Below are positions 20,217-28,353 of a stretch of DNA of 64,000 nt, one piece after another. Under the pieces are notes generated by a model that saw only the letters and a program-made list of their open reading frames with translations, ran no database searches and was not told the DNA's origin. Source of the DNA: Calditrichota bacterium (GTDB taxonomy: Bacteria; Electryoneota; B3-LCP); NCBI GenBank assembly GCA_020051775.1, contig JAGVQJ010000163.1, forward strand, positions 2,928 to 66,927, in the 5' to 3' direction. Position numbers and translations under genes: made by a program. Positions within the stretch are counted from its first letter, which is position 1. Every line of letters starts with the position of its first letter.

Positions 20217-20774
20217 ATGAATCACGCAATCCTGACAGACGCCGAAAATCGCATGAAGAAGACGGGCGAAACACTTCGCCAGGAGTTAGTGAAAATTCGC
20301 ACGGGGAAAGCCTCACCGGCGCTTTTAGACGGTATTAGGGTCGAATATTATGGCGCTCAAGTCCCCTTAAACCAAGTGGCCAGCGTCACCACACCTGAGC
20401 CCAGGTTAATCGTTATTCAACCTTGGGATAAAAGTGTGCTCTCCAAGATAGAGCGCGAGATCCTAAAAAGTGATTTAGGACTAAACCCAGCCAGCGACGG
20501 AACCTTCATTCGCCTGGCAATTCCGACGTTAACCGAAGAGCGCCGTAAAGAACTGGTAAAATTGGTGCGGAAATACACCGAAGATGCCCGCATAGCCGTT
20601 CGCAACATCCGACGCGATGCCAACGAGCACCTGAAAAAAGAGGAAAAAGAGGGAAAGCTGCCGGAGGATGAATCGAAAAAACTCACGGCTCGCAACCAGG
20701 AGCTGACGGATAAGTACATTAAAGTCATGGATGAGATTTTGGAAAAGAAAGAGAAAGAGATCATGGAAGTTTGA
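20217..20774 (+). CDS. frr: Ribosome recycling factor
   Basis: 185 aa with [18 protein letters not shown] and [14 protein letters not shown] motifs, in the rpsB-tsf-pyrH-frr order. Confidence 0.95.
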   Translation: MNHAILTDAENRMKKTGETLRQELVKIRTGKASPALLDGIRVEYYGAQVPLNQVASVTTPEPRLIVIQPWDKSVLSKIEREILKSDLGLNPASDGTFIRLAIPTLTEERRKELVKLVRKYTEDARIAVRNIRRDANEHLKKEEKEGKLPEDESKKLTARNQELTDKYIKVMDEILEKKEKEIMEV

Positions 20775-20839
20775 TTTCAGGATCATTCCCCAAACACCTG
20801 AAAATAGCTTTCATCTTATATAAACCCCTGGAGGTTAAA

Positions 20840-21028
20840 ATGCCACACCGGATCAATGAAGAATGCATCAATTGCGGAGCTTGCGAACCAGAATGTCCTG
20901 TAACCGCCATTTCTGAGGGCGAAAATATCTACGTTATAGACGAATCCGTCTGCGTGGATTGCAAAGGTCATTTCGATACGCCTCGATGCGTGGAATATTG
21001 CCCGGTTGACTGCATTGTCGTTGTCTGA
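20840..21028 (+). CDS. Small 2x[4Fe-4S] ferredoxin
   Basis: 62 aa with CINCGACEPECP and CVDC...C...CP cysteine clusters. GGAGG precedes ATG 20840; the track ORF has a spurious 23-aa N-terminal extension. Confidence 0.85.
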   Translation: MPHRINEECINCGACEPECPVTAISEGENIYVIDESVCVDCKGHFDTPRCVEYCPVDCIVVV

Positions 21029-21046
21029 TCACCACGATAAATGAAA

Positions 21047-21077
21047 AAGTCCGGCTTTTAGAGCCGGACTTTTTTTA
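21047..21077. terminator. Bidirectional rho-independent terminator between ferredoxin (+) and flagellin (-)
   Basis: Stem GTCCGGC (21049-21055) pairs with GCCGGAC (21063-21069). It is flanked by an A-run on the left and a T-run on the right, so it can work on both strands. Confidence 0.8.
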
Positions 21078-21094
21078 TGAACTGAAGGGATCTC

Positions 21095-21928
21095 CTATCC
21101 CATGATCCCGGCAATCGTCTGTGGGATCATATTGGCCTGAGCCAGCATGGATACTCCGGTCTGCATCAAAATCTGAGATTTTACGAACTTAGACATTTCG
21201 GCAGCGATGTCGGCGTCGCGAATCTGTGATTCGGAGGCGGTGGCGTTTTCACGAGCGATCTGCAACTGTTGTATTGTACCCTGCAGCCGTTCCACGAACG
21301 CGCCGATACGCGTGCGCTCGGTATCCTTGGATTGGATAGCCGTATCCAGGAAATTAATGGCATTCTGTGCTGAAGTCGTATCCAACACATCAATGGCATT
21401 AATTCCCAACGCTGATGTCGTCATGGAATTGAACGTGACAAAATAGTAATCTTCATTGGCGACGTTGTACGTACCGATGTGGAATTTGATTCCGGTGCCG
21501 GAATAGGTGCCGTCCAACAGGTTCAGACCGTTGTAGTTGGTCACTTCGGCAATACGGTTGATTTCTGAGACGAGCTGCTGAAATTCCGTATCCAAGGAAA
21601 CCCGGTCAGTGTTCGTGAGCGCGCCGTTGGAGGCTTCGATAGCCAGAGCTCTTAACCGCACCAGCTTTTCATCAATGACGCTCAACGCGCCTTCAGCGGT
21701 TTGCATCAGGTTGATGTCGTAGTTCGCATTTCTCTCGGCTTCATCCATGGAGGAGATCTGAGCCCGAAATCGTTCCGACACCGCCAAACCAGCTGGATCA
21801 TCCCAGGAATAATTGATGCGCATACCTGAGGATAGCCGCGTCACGGCCTGATCCATAGAGGTTTGAGTGTTCCAAAGGTTTCTCTGGGCCGTCAGTGAGA
21901 GAATGTTGTGATTGATTCTTGTTGCCAT
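21095..21928 (-). CDS. fliC: Flagellin (short type, D0/D1 only)
   Basis: N-terminus MATRINHNILSLTAQRNL...RLSSGMRIN...DDPAGLAV and C-terminus ...ILMQTGVSMLAQANMIPQ are canonical flagellin N and C domains. Confidence 0.93.
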   Translation of the reverse strand: MATRINHNILSLTAQRNLWNTQTSMDQAVTRLSSGMRINYSWDDPAGLAVSERFRAQISSMDEAERNANYDINLMQTAEGALSVIDEKLVRLRALAIEASNGALTNTDRVSLDTEFQQLVSEINRIAEVTNYNGLNLLDGTYSGTGIKFHIGTYNVANEDYYFVTFNSMTTSALGINAIDVLDTTSAQNAINFLDTAIQSKDTERTRIGAFVERLQGTIQQLQIARENATASESQIRDADIAAEMSKFVKSQILMQTGVSMLAQANMIPQTIAGIMG

Positions 21929-21974
21929 CTCGGTACACCCCCATTATTTTTGACGTATCTAAGTTATTTCTTTC

Positions 21975-22334
21975 TCAAGCGCTCGTCTTAGCCAGGAGCC
22001 GTTTCAGTAGATAATCGGACATAGTGTCTGCCAATTTCTCCAATTGGGAGTCGTTAGGAAGTGTAGAGGTCGTTTCCATGGCAGATTCCGATTCGAGCTT
22101 TTTACGGGCGCCTTCCAAGGTGAATCCTTCGTTGCGGACCAGGTGGTTGATCCGTTCGATGACTTCGATATCGGATCTGGTATAGCGACGTTGGTTTCCT
22201 TCGGTGCGCATCGGGTTTAAATAATCCTTAAACTCTTTTTCCCAGAAGCGAATGGTCGGCTTGGCTACACTGGTGATAGCGTTTACTTGCGCGATCGAAT
22301 AAAGGATCTCGTCCGACGCTTTGGTAAAATTCAT
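21975..22334 (-). CDS. MerR-family helix-turn-helix protein, co-oriented immediately upstream of flagellin
   Basis: YSIAQVNAITSVAKPTIRFWEKEF...NQRRYTRSDIEVIERI is a MerR-type winged HTH. ATG 22334 lies 9 nt after AAGGGGGG; the track starts at GTG 22343. Confidence 0.7.
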   Translation of the reverse strand: MNFTKASDEILYSIAQVNAITSVAKPTIRFWEKEFKDYLNPMRTEGNQRRYTRSDIEVIERINHLVRNEGFTLEGARKKLESESAMETTSTLPNDSQLEKLADTMSDYLLKRLLAKTSA

Positions 22335-22381
22335 ATCTGTCACCCCCCTTCAAGCATTGATCCGGTTTGGTTTCATCTATT

Positions 22382-22408
22382 GTATCGGCATGTTTCAGAT
22401 CTACTTTA
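22382..22408 (-). promoter_or_regulatory. Sigma28 (FliA)-type promoter: TAAAGTAG-N11-GCCGATAC
   Basis: The minus strand reads TAAAGTAGatctgaaacatGCCGATAC, against the enterobacterial consensus TAAAGTTT-N11-GCCGATAA. It lies about 40 nt upstream of the MerR-like gene start. Confidence 0.7.
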
Positions 22409-22528
22409 ATAATTTCATCATAATATTTTCCAGATTCCTAAACCAGCATGTCAAGGCGCGTTAACGATTCATCCTGATTGGCCAACTAAGAAGCATAAAA
22501 TTCTTTCCGCGCCTGATGAAAAAAACTG

Positions 22529-22557
22529 TTGCATTGGAAAAATAAATTTATTATATT
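22529..22557 (+). promoter_or_regulatory. Sigma70-type promoter of hldA (TTGCAT-17-TATATT)
   Basis: TTGCAT at 22529-22534, a 17-nt AT-rich spacer, TATATT at 22552-22557, 33 nt upstream of ATG 22590. Confidence 0.5.
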
Positions 22558-22589
22558 ATTAGTTCTATAGAAGAAATAATGCTGAGGTC

Positions 22590-23603
22590 ATGGTAAAAAT
22601 CGAACTATCCCGGGCGAAGGACCTCTTTGGGAATTTTAAAAACCAGCAGATTGCCGTAATCGGCGACTTGATGCTGGATCGTTATATGTGGGGATCGGTA
22701 CAGCGTATTTCCCCCGAGGCTCCGGTCCCGGTGGTGGAGGTCACTTCCGAAGATACTAAACTCGGCGGCGCTGCCAATGTTGCCAACAATATTCTAAGTT
22801 TGGGCGCTAAGGCCATACCCATCGGAGTAGTAGGCAGTGACGACTACGGATCGCAACTACGCCGCCTGTTTGCCGCTGCCGGTCTAGAAACAGGGGGTGT
22901 TATCGCCGATTCCGACCGCCCTACAACGATCAAAACCCGCATTATCGCCCATGATCAGCACGTCGTTCGCGCCGACGTGGAATCGAAGGACGATCTGTCT
23001 GAGGAAACCATCAGACGATTGTTGAATATCTTAAATGACATTCTGCCAAACGTGAATGGCGTCATACTGGAAGACTACAATAAAGGCGTCCTTGTCCCGC
23101 GAGTGATCGAAAAGGTCGTCGAAATTTGCCGTAAACATGAATGCTTCGTTGCCGTTGATCCGAAATTTAAGAATTTTTTTGCTTATCAGGCAGTAGATTT
23201 ATTTAAACCCAACACTAAAGAAACCGAACAAGCACTGGGTACTAAAATTGATTCCTATGCGGATTTAATTTCTGCTACGCAGAAGCTTTTTACCCGACTT
23301 CGGTGTAAGTCTATTCTCATGACCAGGGGTGAAAAAGGCATGGCGCTGTTCCCCTCAGCACAGGAAGAACCACTTTTAGTCCCAACGCGCGCCAAAAAAA
23401 TTCACGACGTTTCCGGGGCAGGCGATACAGTCATATCAACCTTGGTAGTAGCCAAGTTGGCCGGAGCTTCCCTAAGGGAAGCCGCTTCACTGGCCAATTT
23501 CGCCGCGGGCATCGTGTGCGGTGAAGTGGGAGTCGTTCCCATTGATCGAAACCGACTCTGGGACGAAGTAGCTACTGACTGCGAAATCGGGCCGGTCGAA
23601 TAG
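22590..23603 (+). CDS. hldA: D-glycero-beta-D-manno-heptose-7-phosphate kinase (RfaE domain I, PfkB family)
   Basis: VIGDLMLDRYMWG...RISPEAPVPVV and the C-terminal DVSGAGDTV motif are typical of the HldE kinase domain. Confidence 0.85.
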   Translation: MVKIELSRAKDLFGNFKNQQIAVIGDLMLDRYMWGSVQRISPEAPVPVVEVTSEDTKLGGAANVANNILSLGAKAIPIGVVGSDDYGSQLRRLFAAAGLETGGVIADSDRPTTIKTRIIAHDQHVVRADVESKDDLSEETIRRLLNILNDILPNVNGVILEDYNKGVLVPRVIEKVVEICRKHECFVAVDPKFKNFFAYQAVDLFKPNTKETEQALGTKIDSYADLISATQKLFTRLRCKSILMTRGEKGMALFPSAQEEPLLVPTRAKKIHDVSGAGDTVISTLVVAKLAGASLREAASLANFAAGIVCGEVGVVPIDRNRLWDEVATDCEIGPVE

Positions 23604-23657
23604 GAACTTTAGTCCAAGTATACCGTATCAATCCAGGAATTAATAATCGTTAGCCGG

Positions 23658-23731
23658 GGGCGATTAGCTCAGTTGGTTAGAGCGCTGGTCTCACATACCA
23701 GAGGTCACAAGTTCAAGTCTTGTATCGCCCA
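23658..23731 (+). tRNA. tRNA-Val (anticodon CAC), CCA not encoded
   Basis: Hand-folded cloverleaf. Acceptor GGGCGAT/ATCGCCC, D arm GCTC-AGTTGGTTA-GAGC, anticodon arm CTGGT-CTCACAT-ACCAG, T arm ACAAG-TTCAAGT-CTTGT, discriminator A. Confidence 0.9.
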
Positions 23732-23776
23732 CACAGCCACAGCGCCTCTAAACTTTTGCTAATCCGTAATTTCGTT

Positions 23777-24307
23777 ATGGACCAGCCTTGGACTGTTCAG
23801 ATCTTTATTTGGGAAGACCTAATCCAACAGCGTAGCGTTTGGAAAAATCAAGGTTTTTCCGTGGTTTTCACCAATGGCGTTTTTGATTTGTTGCATCGGG
23901 GGCATGTAGATTACCTTAGGGCGGCGCGGAATTTGGGCGATAGACTGGTTGTGGGGGTTAACACGGACGCTTCAGTGAAGCAATTTAAAGATCCTCGGCG
24001 TCCTATTGTAACGGAAGGCAACCGAGCATACTTATTATCATGTCTGCGGATGGTGGATGCCGTCACTCTTTTCGATCAGGATACTCCCCTGGAACTGATC
24101 AATCTGCTGCAACCGGATATTTTGGTAAAAGGTGCGGATTATTCCGAAGCTGAAATCGTTGGTGCGAAGGAAGTAAAAGCCGCCGGCGGCCGAGTCGAAA
24201 GAATTACGTTAACTGAAGGCATGTCCTCTTCGAGTTTAATAGATCAAGTTATTGAAAAATATCGCACGGATATTAATGCACCGACGCCGGGTTCTCTAAA
24301 ACCGTAA
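23777..24307 (+). CDS. hldC: D-glycero-beta-D-manno-heptose 1-phosphate adenylyltransferase (RfaE domain II, cytidylyltransferase fold)
   Basis: VVFTNGVFDLLHRGHVDYL (HxGH) and DILVKGADY motifs. The start is set at ATG 23777 because the track ORF start (23720) overlaps the tRNA. Confidence 0.85.
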   Translation: MDQPWTVQIFIWEDLIQQRSVWKNQGFSVVFTNGVFDLLHRGHVDYLRAARNLGDRLVVGVNTDASVKQFKDPRRPIVTEGNRAYLLSCLRMVDAVTLFDQDTPLELINLLQPDILVKGADYSEAEIVGAKEVKAAGGRVERITLTEGMSSSSLIDQVIEKYRTDINAPTPGSLKP

Positions 24308-24312
24308 AACGC

Positions 24313-25644
24313 ATGTTCGATCAACTCACGCAAAGTTTTGAGACCTTCTTTCGCAACTTGCGTGGTCATGGAAAGCTGACGGAAGACAATATTAAGGATT
24401 CCCTGCGGGAAGTTCGACGGATCCTTTTAGAATCCGACGTCAATTTCAAAGTTGTCAAAGATTTCATCAATAATGTTCAGGAAAAAGCCGCCGGACAGGA
24501 AGTATTAAGAAGCATCACTCCGGGGCAGCAGGTCATAAAGATCATTCACGACGAACTAGTGCGGCTGTTAGGTGAAGGATTTAGCCGTCTGGACCTTTCC
24601 GGGATGCCGCCGGTTCCGATCATGGTCGTGGGACTGCAAGGTTCTGGGAAAACCACACTGATCGCCAAACTGGGTCTGCACCTGCGTCGCAAGGGGAAAT
24701 TTCCTTTACTGGCAGCAGCAGATGTTTATCGTCCAGCGGCGATTGACCAGCTCCAGCAGTTAGGCCGACAGCTTGATTTACCCGTCTGGGCTCCCGGTGT
24801 GAAGGATCCTGTGGATATTTGCAGCGGCGCAATGAGTGAAGCGCGTCGCACTACGCGTGACGTAGTACTTCTGGATACAGCCGGGCGCCTGCATATAGAT
24901 GAGCCGATGATGCAGGAGTTGGAGCGCATTCGGGATACCCTCAAACCGCCGGAAATCCTATATATTGCCGATGGCATGGCCGGCCAGGATGCTGTCAGAG
25001 CGGCCAGCGAATTTCTCGAACGGCTCGATTTTACCGGCATTGTATTAACCAAACTGGACGGCGATGCCAAAGGCGGCGCGGCGCTTTCTATTCGTGCTGT
25101 AACTGGTAAACCGATCAGGTTCATTGGTACGGGCGAGAAACCCGACGCCTTGGAAGAGTTTCACCCCGATCGCATGGCTTCGCGCATTCTGGGGATGGGC
25201 GATATCGTCAGTCTGGTGGAAAAAGCCCAGGAATCGGTAGACCAGGAGACGGCAGAGAAATTTGCGCGTAAGGTCGCCAGAGCCGAGTTTGACCTGGATG
25301 ATTTTCTCGAACAGTTGCGGCAGCTCAAGAAGATGGGGCCGTTAGACGAGATCTTAGGCATGATTCCCGGATTGGGTAAACAGATGAAAGGCATGCAGGT
25401 GGATGAGCGCGACATGAAACGCACTGAAGCCATCATCTGTTCGATGACTCCGCAAGAGCGCCATAAACCAGGGATGATCAACGGTAGCCGCCGCCGTCGC
25501 ATCGCCATGGGATCGGGAACACGAGTGCAGGACGTTAATCAACTTTTAAACCAATACGAACAGATCAGAAACATGATGAAACGCATGGGAAAAATGAAGG
25601 GAAGGACTGGTGGCCAGTTTCCTTTCCCCATGCCTAAGTCATGA
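24313..25644 (+). CDS. ffh: Signal recognition particle protein Ffh
   Basis: MFDQLTQSFETFFRNLRG..., GLQGSGKTT, DTAGR and TKLDGDAKGG motifs, plus a Met-rich M domain. Confidence 0.95.
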   Translation: MFDQLTQSFETFFRNLRGHGKLTEDNIKDSLREVRRILLESDVNFKVVKDFINNVQEKAAGQEVLRSITPGQQVIKIIHDELVRLLGEGFSRLDLSGMPPVPIMVVGLQGSGKTTLIAKLGLHLRRKGKFPLLAAADVYRPAAIDQLQQLGRQLDLPVWAPGVKDPVDICSGAMSEARRTTRDVVLLDTAGRLHIDEPMMQELERIRDTLKPPEILYIADGMAGQDAVRAASEFLERLDFTGIVLTKLDGDAKGGAALSIRAVTGKPIRFIGTGEKPDALEEFHPDRMASRILGMGDIVSLVEKAQESVDQETAEKFARKVARAEFDLDDFLEQLRQLKKMGPLDEILGMIPGLGKQMKGMQVDERDMKRTEAIICSMTPQERHKPGMINGSRRRRIAMGSGTRVQDVNQLLNQYEQIRNMMKRMGKMKGRTGGQFPFPMPKS

Positions 25645-25673
25645 TAATCTCAAGATAACCAGGAGGCTTTTTC

Positions 25674-26162
25674 GTGGCAGTCAGACTTCGTCTAATGCGT
25701 TTAGGACGCAAAGGGCAACCATTCTATCGCATCGTAGCCGTTGATTCGCGCAAGAGGCGTGATGGAGCTTACATCGAAAAGATAGGGCATTACAATCCCA
25801 ACGCCCGCCCGGCTGAATTAACTATGGATGATGAAAAAGCGCTGAAATGGCTTCATAACGGCGCGGTTCCCTCCGATACAGTTCGTAGTTTGCTGTCCCG
25901 CCATGGCGTGATGCTGGCCTTTGACCTTGCGAGGCGAGGTCTCAGCGACGAAGAGATCACTTCCCGCGTGGCGGCGCATCGGCAGGCCTCGGAGAGCAAA
26001 TTAAAGGCGAAAGATGCGGTAACGAAACCCTCCACTGCTTCAAAACCCGCAGTGACGGTTGAAGTGCAACCTGAACCTGAGAAGGAAATTACCGTTGAAG
26101 CCCAGGCTCAGGCGCCAGAGTCAAGTACCCCGAATGAGAGCGAAAATACTCCAACTGAATAA
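25674..26162 (+). CDS. rpsP: 30S ribosomal protein S16 with an acidic/Pro-rich C-terminal extension
   Basis: MAVRLRLMRLGRKGQPFYRIVAVDSRKRRDG is canonical S16. AGGAGG precedes GTG 25674. Confidence 0.93.
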   Translation: MAVRLRLMRLGRKGQPFYRIVAVDSRKRRDGAYIEKIGHYNPNARPAELTMDDEKALKWLHNGAVPSDTVRSLLSRHGVMLAFDLARRGLSDEEITSRVAAHRQASESKLKAKDAVTKPSTASKPAVTVEVQPEPEKEITVEAQAQAPESSTPNESENTPTE

Positions 26163-26276
26163 GGCCAATCGTAGTATTTCTGCTGATAGGATCCTAAATC
26201 TTACCAGGCGCCGGAACTATTCCCCTGGGAAGATGTCTTTGGACTCGTTGTTATTTATGTGCCAAGCTGGAGATTC

Positions 26277-26522
26277 ATGATGAAAGAATTCGTTGAATTT
26301 ATTGCCAGACATTTAGTTGAAGATCCCGACCAGGTCAACGTAATCGAAGACGAAAACGAGAAGGGCTCGGTATTCAAACTCTCCGTTGGCGAACATGACC
26401 TGGGACGGGTAGTTGGTAAGGATGGCCGCACCGCCCGATCGCTCCGCACCCTGCTAACCGCGGTCAGCGCCCGCAAGGGAAAACGTGCCACCTTAGAAAT
26501 CATGAACGGGAGCAGGAAGTAA
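26277..26522 (+). CDS. KH-domain RNA-binding protein (YlqC/UPF0109)
   Basis: LVEDPDQVNV...GRVVGKDGRTARSLRTLL carries the KH GxxG motif. It sits in the conserved position between rpsP and rimM. Confidence 0.85.
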   Translation: MMKEFVEFIARHLVEDPDQVNVIEDENEKGSVFKLSVGEHDLGRVVGKDGRTARSLRTLLTAVSARKGKRATLEIMNGSRK

Positions 26523-26587
26523 AATCATCCAAGAACAAATCTGACGACAATTTCATCGAAGTTGCCAGAATCACCAAGCCCCAGGGT

Positions 26588-27046
26588 TTGAAGGGCGAAC
26601 TGAAAGTTCAAACTTTCTCTCGCAATCCTGGCGATTTAAAGCGCTACATTCATCTTTATCTTTTGGAAGCTGATGGCTCTGTTGTCAAGTTTCAGTTAGA
26701 ATGGGTGCGAGTGCACAACCGAATTGCCGTCGTCAAGCTGGCGGGGTTGAATGATCGCACTCAAGCTGAAGAATTAAAAGATCAATTACTTTGGGTACGT
26801 AAGGATCAAGTACCGGAACCTGTTCAGGGAGAGTATTTTATCAGTGATTTGCTGGGTATGCAGGTTTTTTCCGATTCGGGCGAAGTTATCGGGAAGTTGA
26901 TGGATGTATTGGAACTCCCCGCACATGACGTCTATCAAATCCAAAACGACAAACGCGAATATCTAATTCCGGCCGTCAAACAGTTTATTGTGGATGTTAA
27001 TCTTGAGCAACACATTATGATTGTGAGAATACCTGAAGGACTCTAA
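26588..27046 (+). CDS. rimM: 16S rRNA processing protein RimM (true start probably upstream of the called TTG)
   Basis: GLKGELKV, PRC-barrel C-terminus and rpsP-KH-rimM-trmD synteny. The conserved N-terminal stretch FIEVARITKPQ continues in frame upstream of 26588 with no ATG, GTG or TTG. Confidence 0.8.
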   Translation: MKGELKVQTFSRNPGDLKRYIHLYLLEADGSVVKFQLEWVRVHNRIAVVKLAGLNDRTQAEELKDQLLWVRKDQVPEPVQGEYFISDLLGMQVFSDSGEVIGKLMDVLELPAHDVYQIQNDKREYLIPAVKQFIVDVNLEQHIMIVRIPEGL

Positions 27047-27050
27047 TCAC

Positions 27051-27773
27051 TTGGATACGCCCGTGCAAGTGGATATCATCACAATCTTTCCAGGATTATT
27101 TGATTGCTTTATTAAAGATGCCATGGTCAAGCGGGCCATTATGAAGGGATCGCTTGAAGTTCGCGTTCACAATCTTAGGCATTGGACCACGGATCGCCAT
27201 CAAACGGTAGATGATTATCCCTTCGGAGGCGGTGCGGGAATGGTTCTGAAACCAGAACCAATATTCAAAGCGTTTCAAGATGTACTCGATGACCGTCAAC
27301 CTAAACCAATGGTCATCTATTTTACGCCTTCCGGCGAGCTTTTAAATCAGGATTTAGTGCAACAATTCACGCAGGAAGAGGAACTTGTCTTCCTCTGTGG
27401 ACGTTATAAAGGCGTTGATCAACGGGTCATTGATACTTTCGTAGATCGTCCAATATCCGTCGGCGACTATGTGCTCTCCGGGGGTGAATTGCCGGCAATG
27501 ATCCTGTTGGAAGCTATCACGCGGTTGATTCCGGGTGTCCTGAACGACATCGAATCAGCCTTGACGGATAGTTTTCAACATAGTCTGCTGGAAGGGCCCG
27601 TATATACGCGTCCGGAAGAATTCCAGGGGATGCAGACACCTGAGGTGCTGCTATCCGGCGACCACAAAAAAATTTCTGACTGGCGGATGGAAAAAGCTTT
27701 GGACGTCACCCGGCGTCGCAGACCCGATCTTTGGGAAAGATACTTAAAGAAAATAACGTTATCCGGATTATAA
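27051..27773 (+). CDS. trmD: tRNA (guanine37-N1)-methyltransferase
   Basis: VDIITIFPGLF, DDYPFGGGAGMV, GRYKGVDQRV and SVGDYVLSGGELPAM motifs. Confidence 0.95.
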   Translation: MDTPVQVDIITIFPGLFDCFIKDAMVKRAIMKGSLEVRVHNLRHWTTDRHQTVDDYPFGGGAGMVLKPEPIFKAFQDVLDDRQPKPMVIYFTPSGELLNQDLVQQFTQEEELVFLCGRYKGVDQRVIDTFVDRPISVGDYVLSGGELPAMILLEAITRLIPGVLNDIESALTDSFQHSLLEGPVYTRPEEFQGMQTPEVLLSGDHKKISDWRMEKALDVTRRRRPDLWERYLKKITLSGL

Positions 27774-27791
27774 ACGAACTTAAGGTTGACC

Positions 27792-28151
27792 ATGCGAAAT
27801 TTGCATTTAATCACCTCTGCGCAGCTTAGAACGGATATTCCCACGTTTAAAGCCGGAGATACCATCAAGGTTCATGTGCGCGTCATCGAAGGGGATAAAG
27901 AACGCGTTCAGATATTCCAGGGCACGGTTTTAGAACGCAGCGGCGCCGGAATTAATGAGATGTTTACGGTGCGCAAAGTATCCGCAGGTGTAGGGGTGGA
28001 ACGCATCTTTCCTCTGCATTCGCCGCGCATCGCCCGAATCGAACCGGTGCGTCAAGGCCGCGTGCGCCGGGCCAAACTGTACTACCTGAGCAATCTGCAA
28101 GGCAAGGCCGCCAGAATCAAGGAGAAAGTTACGACACCATCCGGAAAATAA
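27792..28151 (+). CDS. rplS: 50S ribosomal protein L19
   Basis: [31 protein letters not shown] is canonical L19. ATG 27792; the track begins at TTG 27786. Confidence 0.93.
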   Translation: MRNLHLITSAQLRTDIPTFKAGDTIKVHVRVIEGDKERVQIFQGTVLERSGAGINEMFTVRKVSAGVGVERIFPLHSPRIARIEPVRQGRVRRAKLYYLSNLQGKAARIKEKVTTPSGK

Positions 28152-28159
28152 TTCGTTAA

Positions 28160-28325
28160 AATACATATCTTTCGATTTCGGGAAGGCGGTGAAAACCCGC
28201 TGCTGCCCCGCAACTGTATCCACCTCATGAGGTGGGAGCCAGACACTGAATCGAAATCATCAATGCCTTCGCGGGAGGGCGCCACGATAATACTCCTCGG
28301 TGCGCCGGGGAGTTTTATTTTAAAG
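28160..28325 (+). promoter_or_regulatory. Cobalamin riboswitch (compact aptamer plus intrinsic terminator expression platform)
   Basis: GGGAAGGCGGTGAAAACCCGCTGCTGCCCCGCAACTGTA matches the conserved cobalamin core. A B12-box-like AGCCAGACACTG follows. P1 pairs TTCGATT (about 28172) with AATCGAA (about 28250). Downstream hairpin ACTCCTCGG-TGCG-CCGGGGAGT (28292-28313) is followed by TTTTATTTT. Confidence 0.85.
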
Positions 28326-28353
28326 GGGCTGCTCTCTGGCAGGCCCTTTTATT

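Noticed and set aside
21990-22050. A weak sigma28-like motif (…GAAATTGG-N11-TCCGATTA…, minus strand) inside the 3' end of the MerR-like gene, considered as a dedicated fliC promoter.
   Set aside because: Only about 4/8 and 6/8 matches to the consensus halves, far weaker than the 22382-22408 element. It may still contribute, but it is not supportable from sequence alone.
23720-23776. The track start of the hldC ORF at 23720.
   Set aside because: It overlaps the 3' end of tRNA-Val. The conserved cytidylyltransferase sequence begins after ATG 23777.
23604-23776. The tRNA-Val locus, considered as a possible genomic-island integration site.
   Set aside because: There is no integrase, no direct repeat of the tRNA 3' end, and functionally related genes (hldA and hldC) lie on both sides.
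28323-28353. A second imperfect hairpin (GGGCTGC…GCAGGCCC followed by TTTTATT) right before ATG 28354, considered as a second terminator.
   Set aside because: The stem is bulged and abuts the start codon. It may be part of the riboswitch expression platform (start-site sequestration), but I cannot support it as an independent feature.
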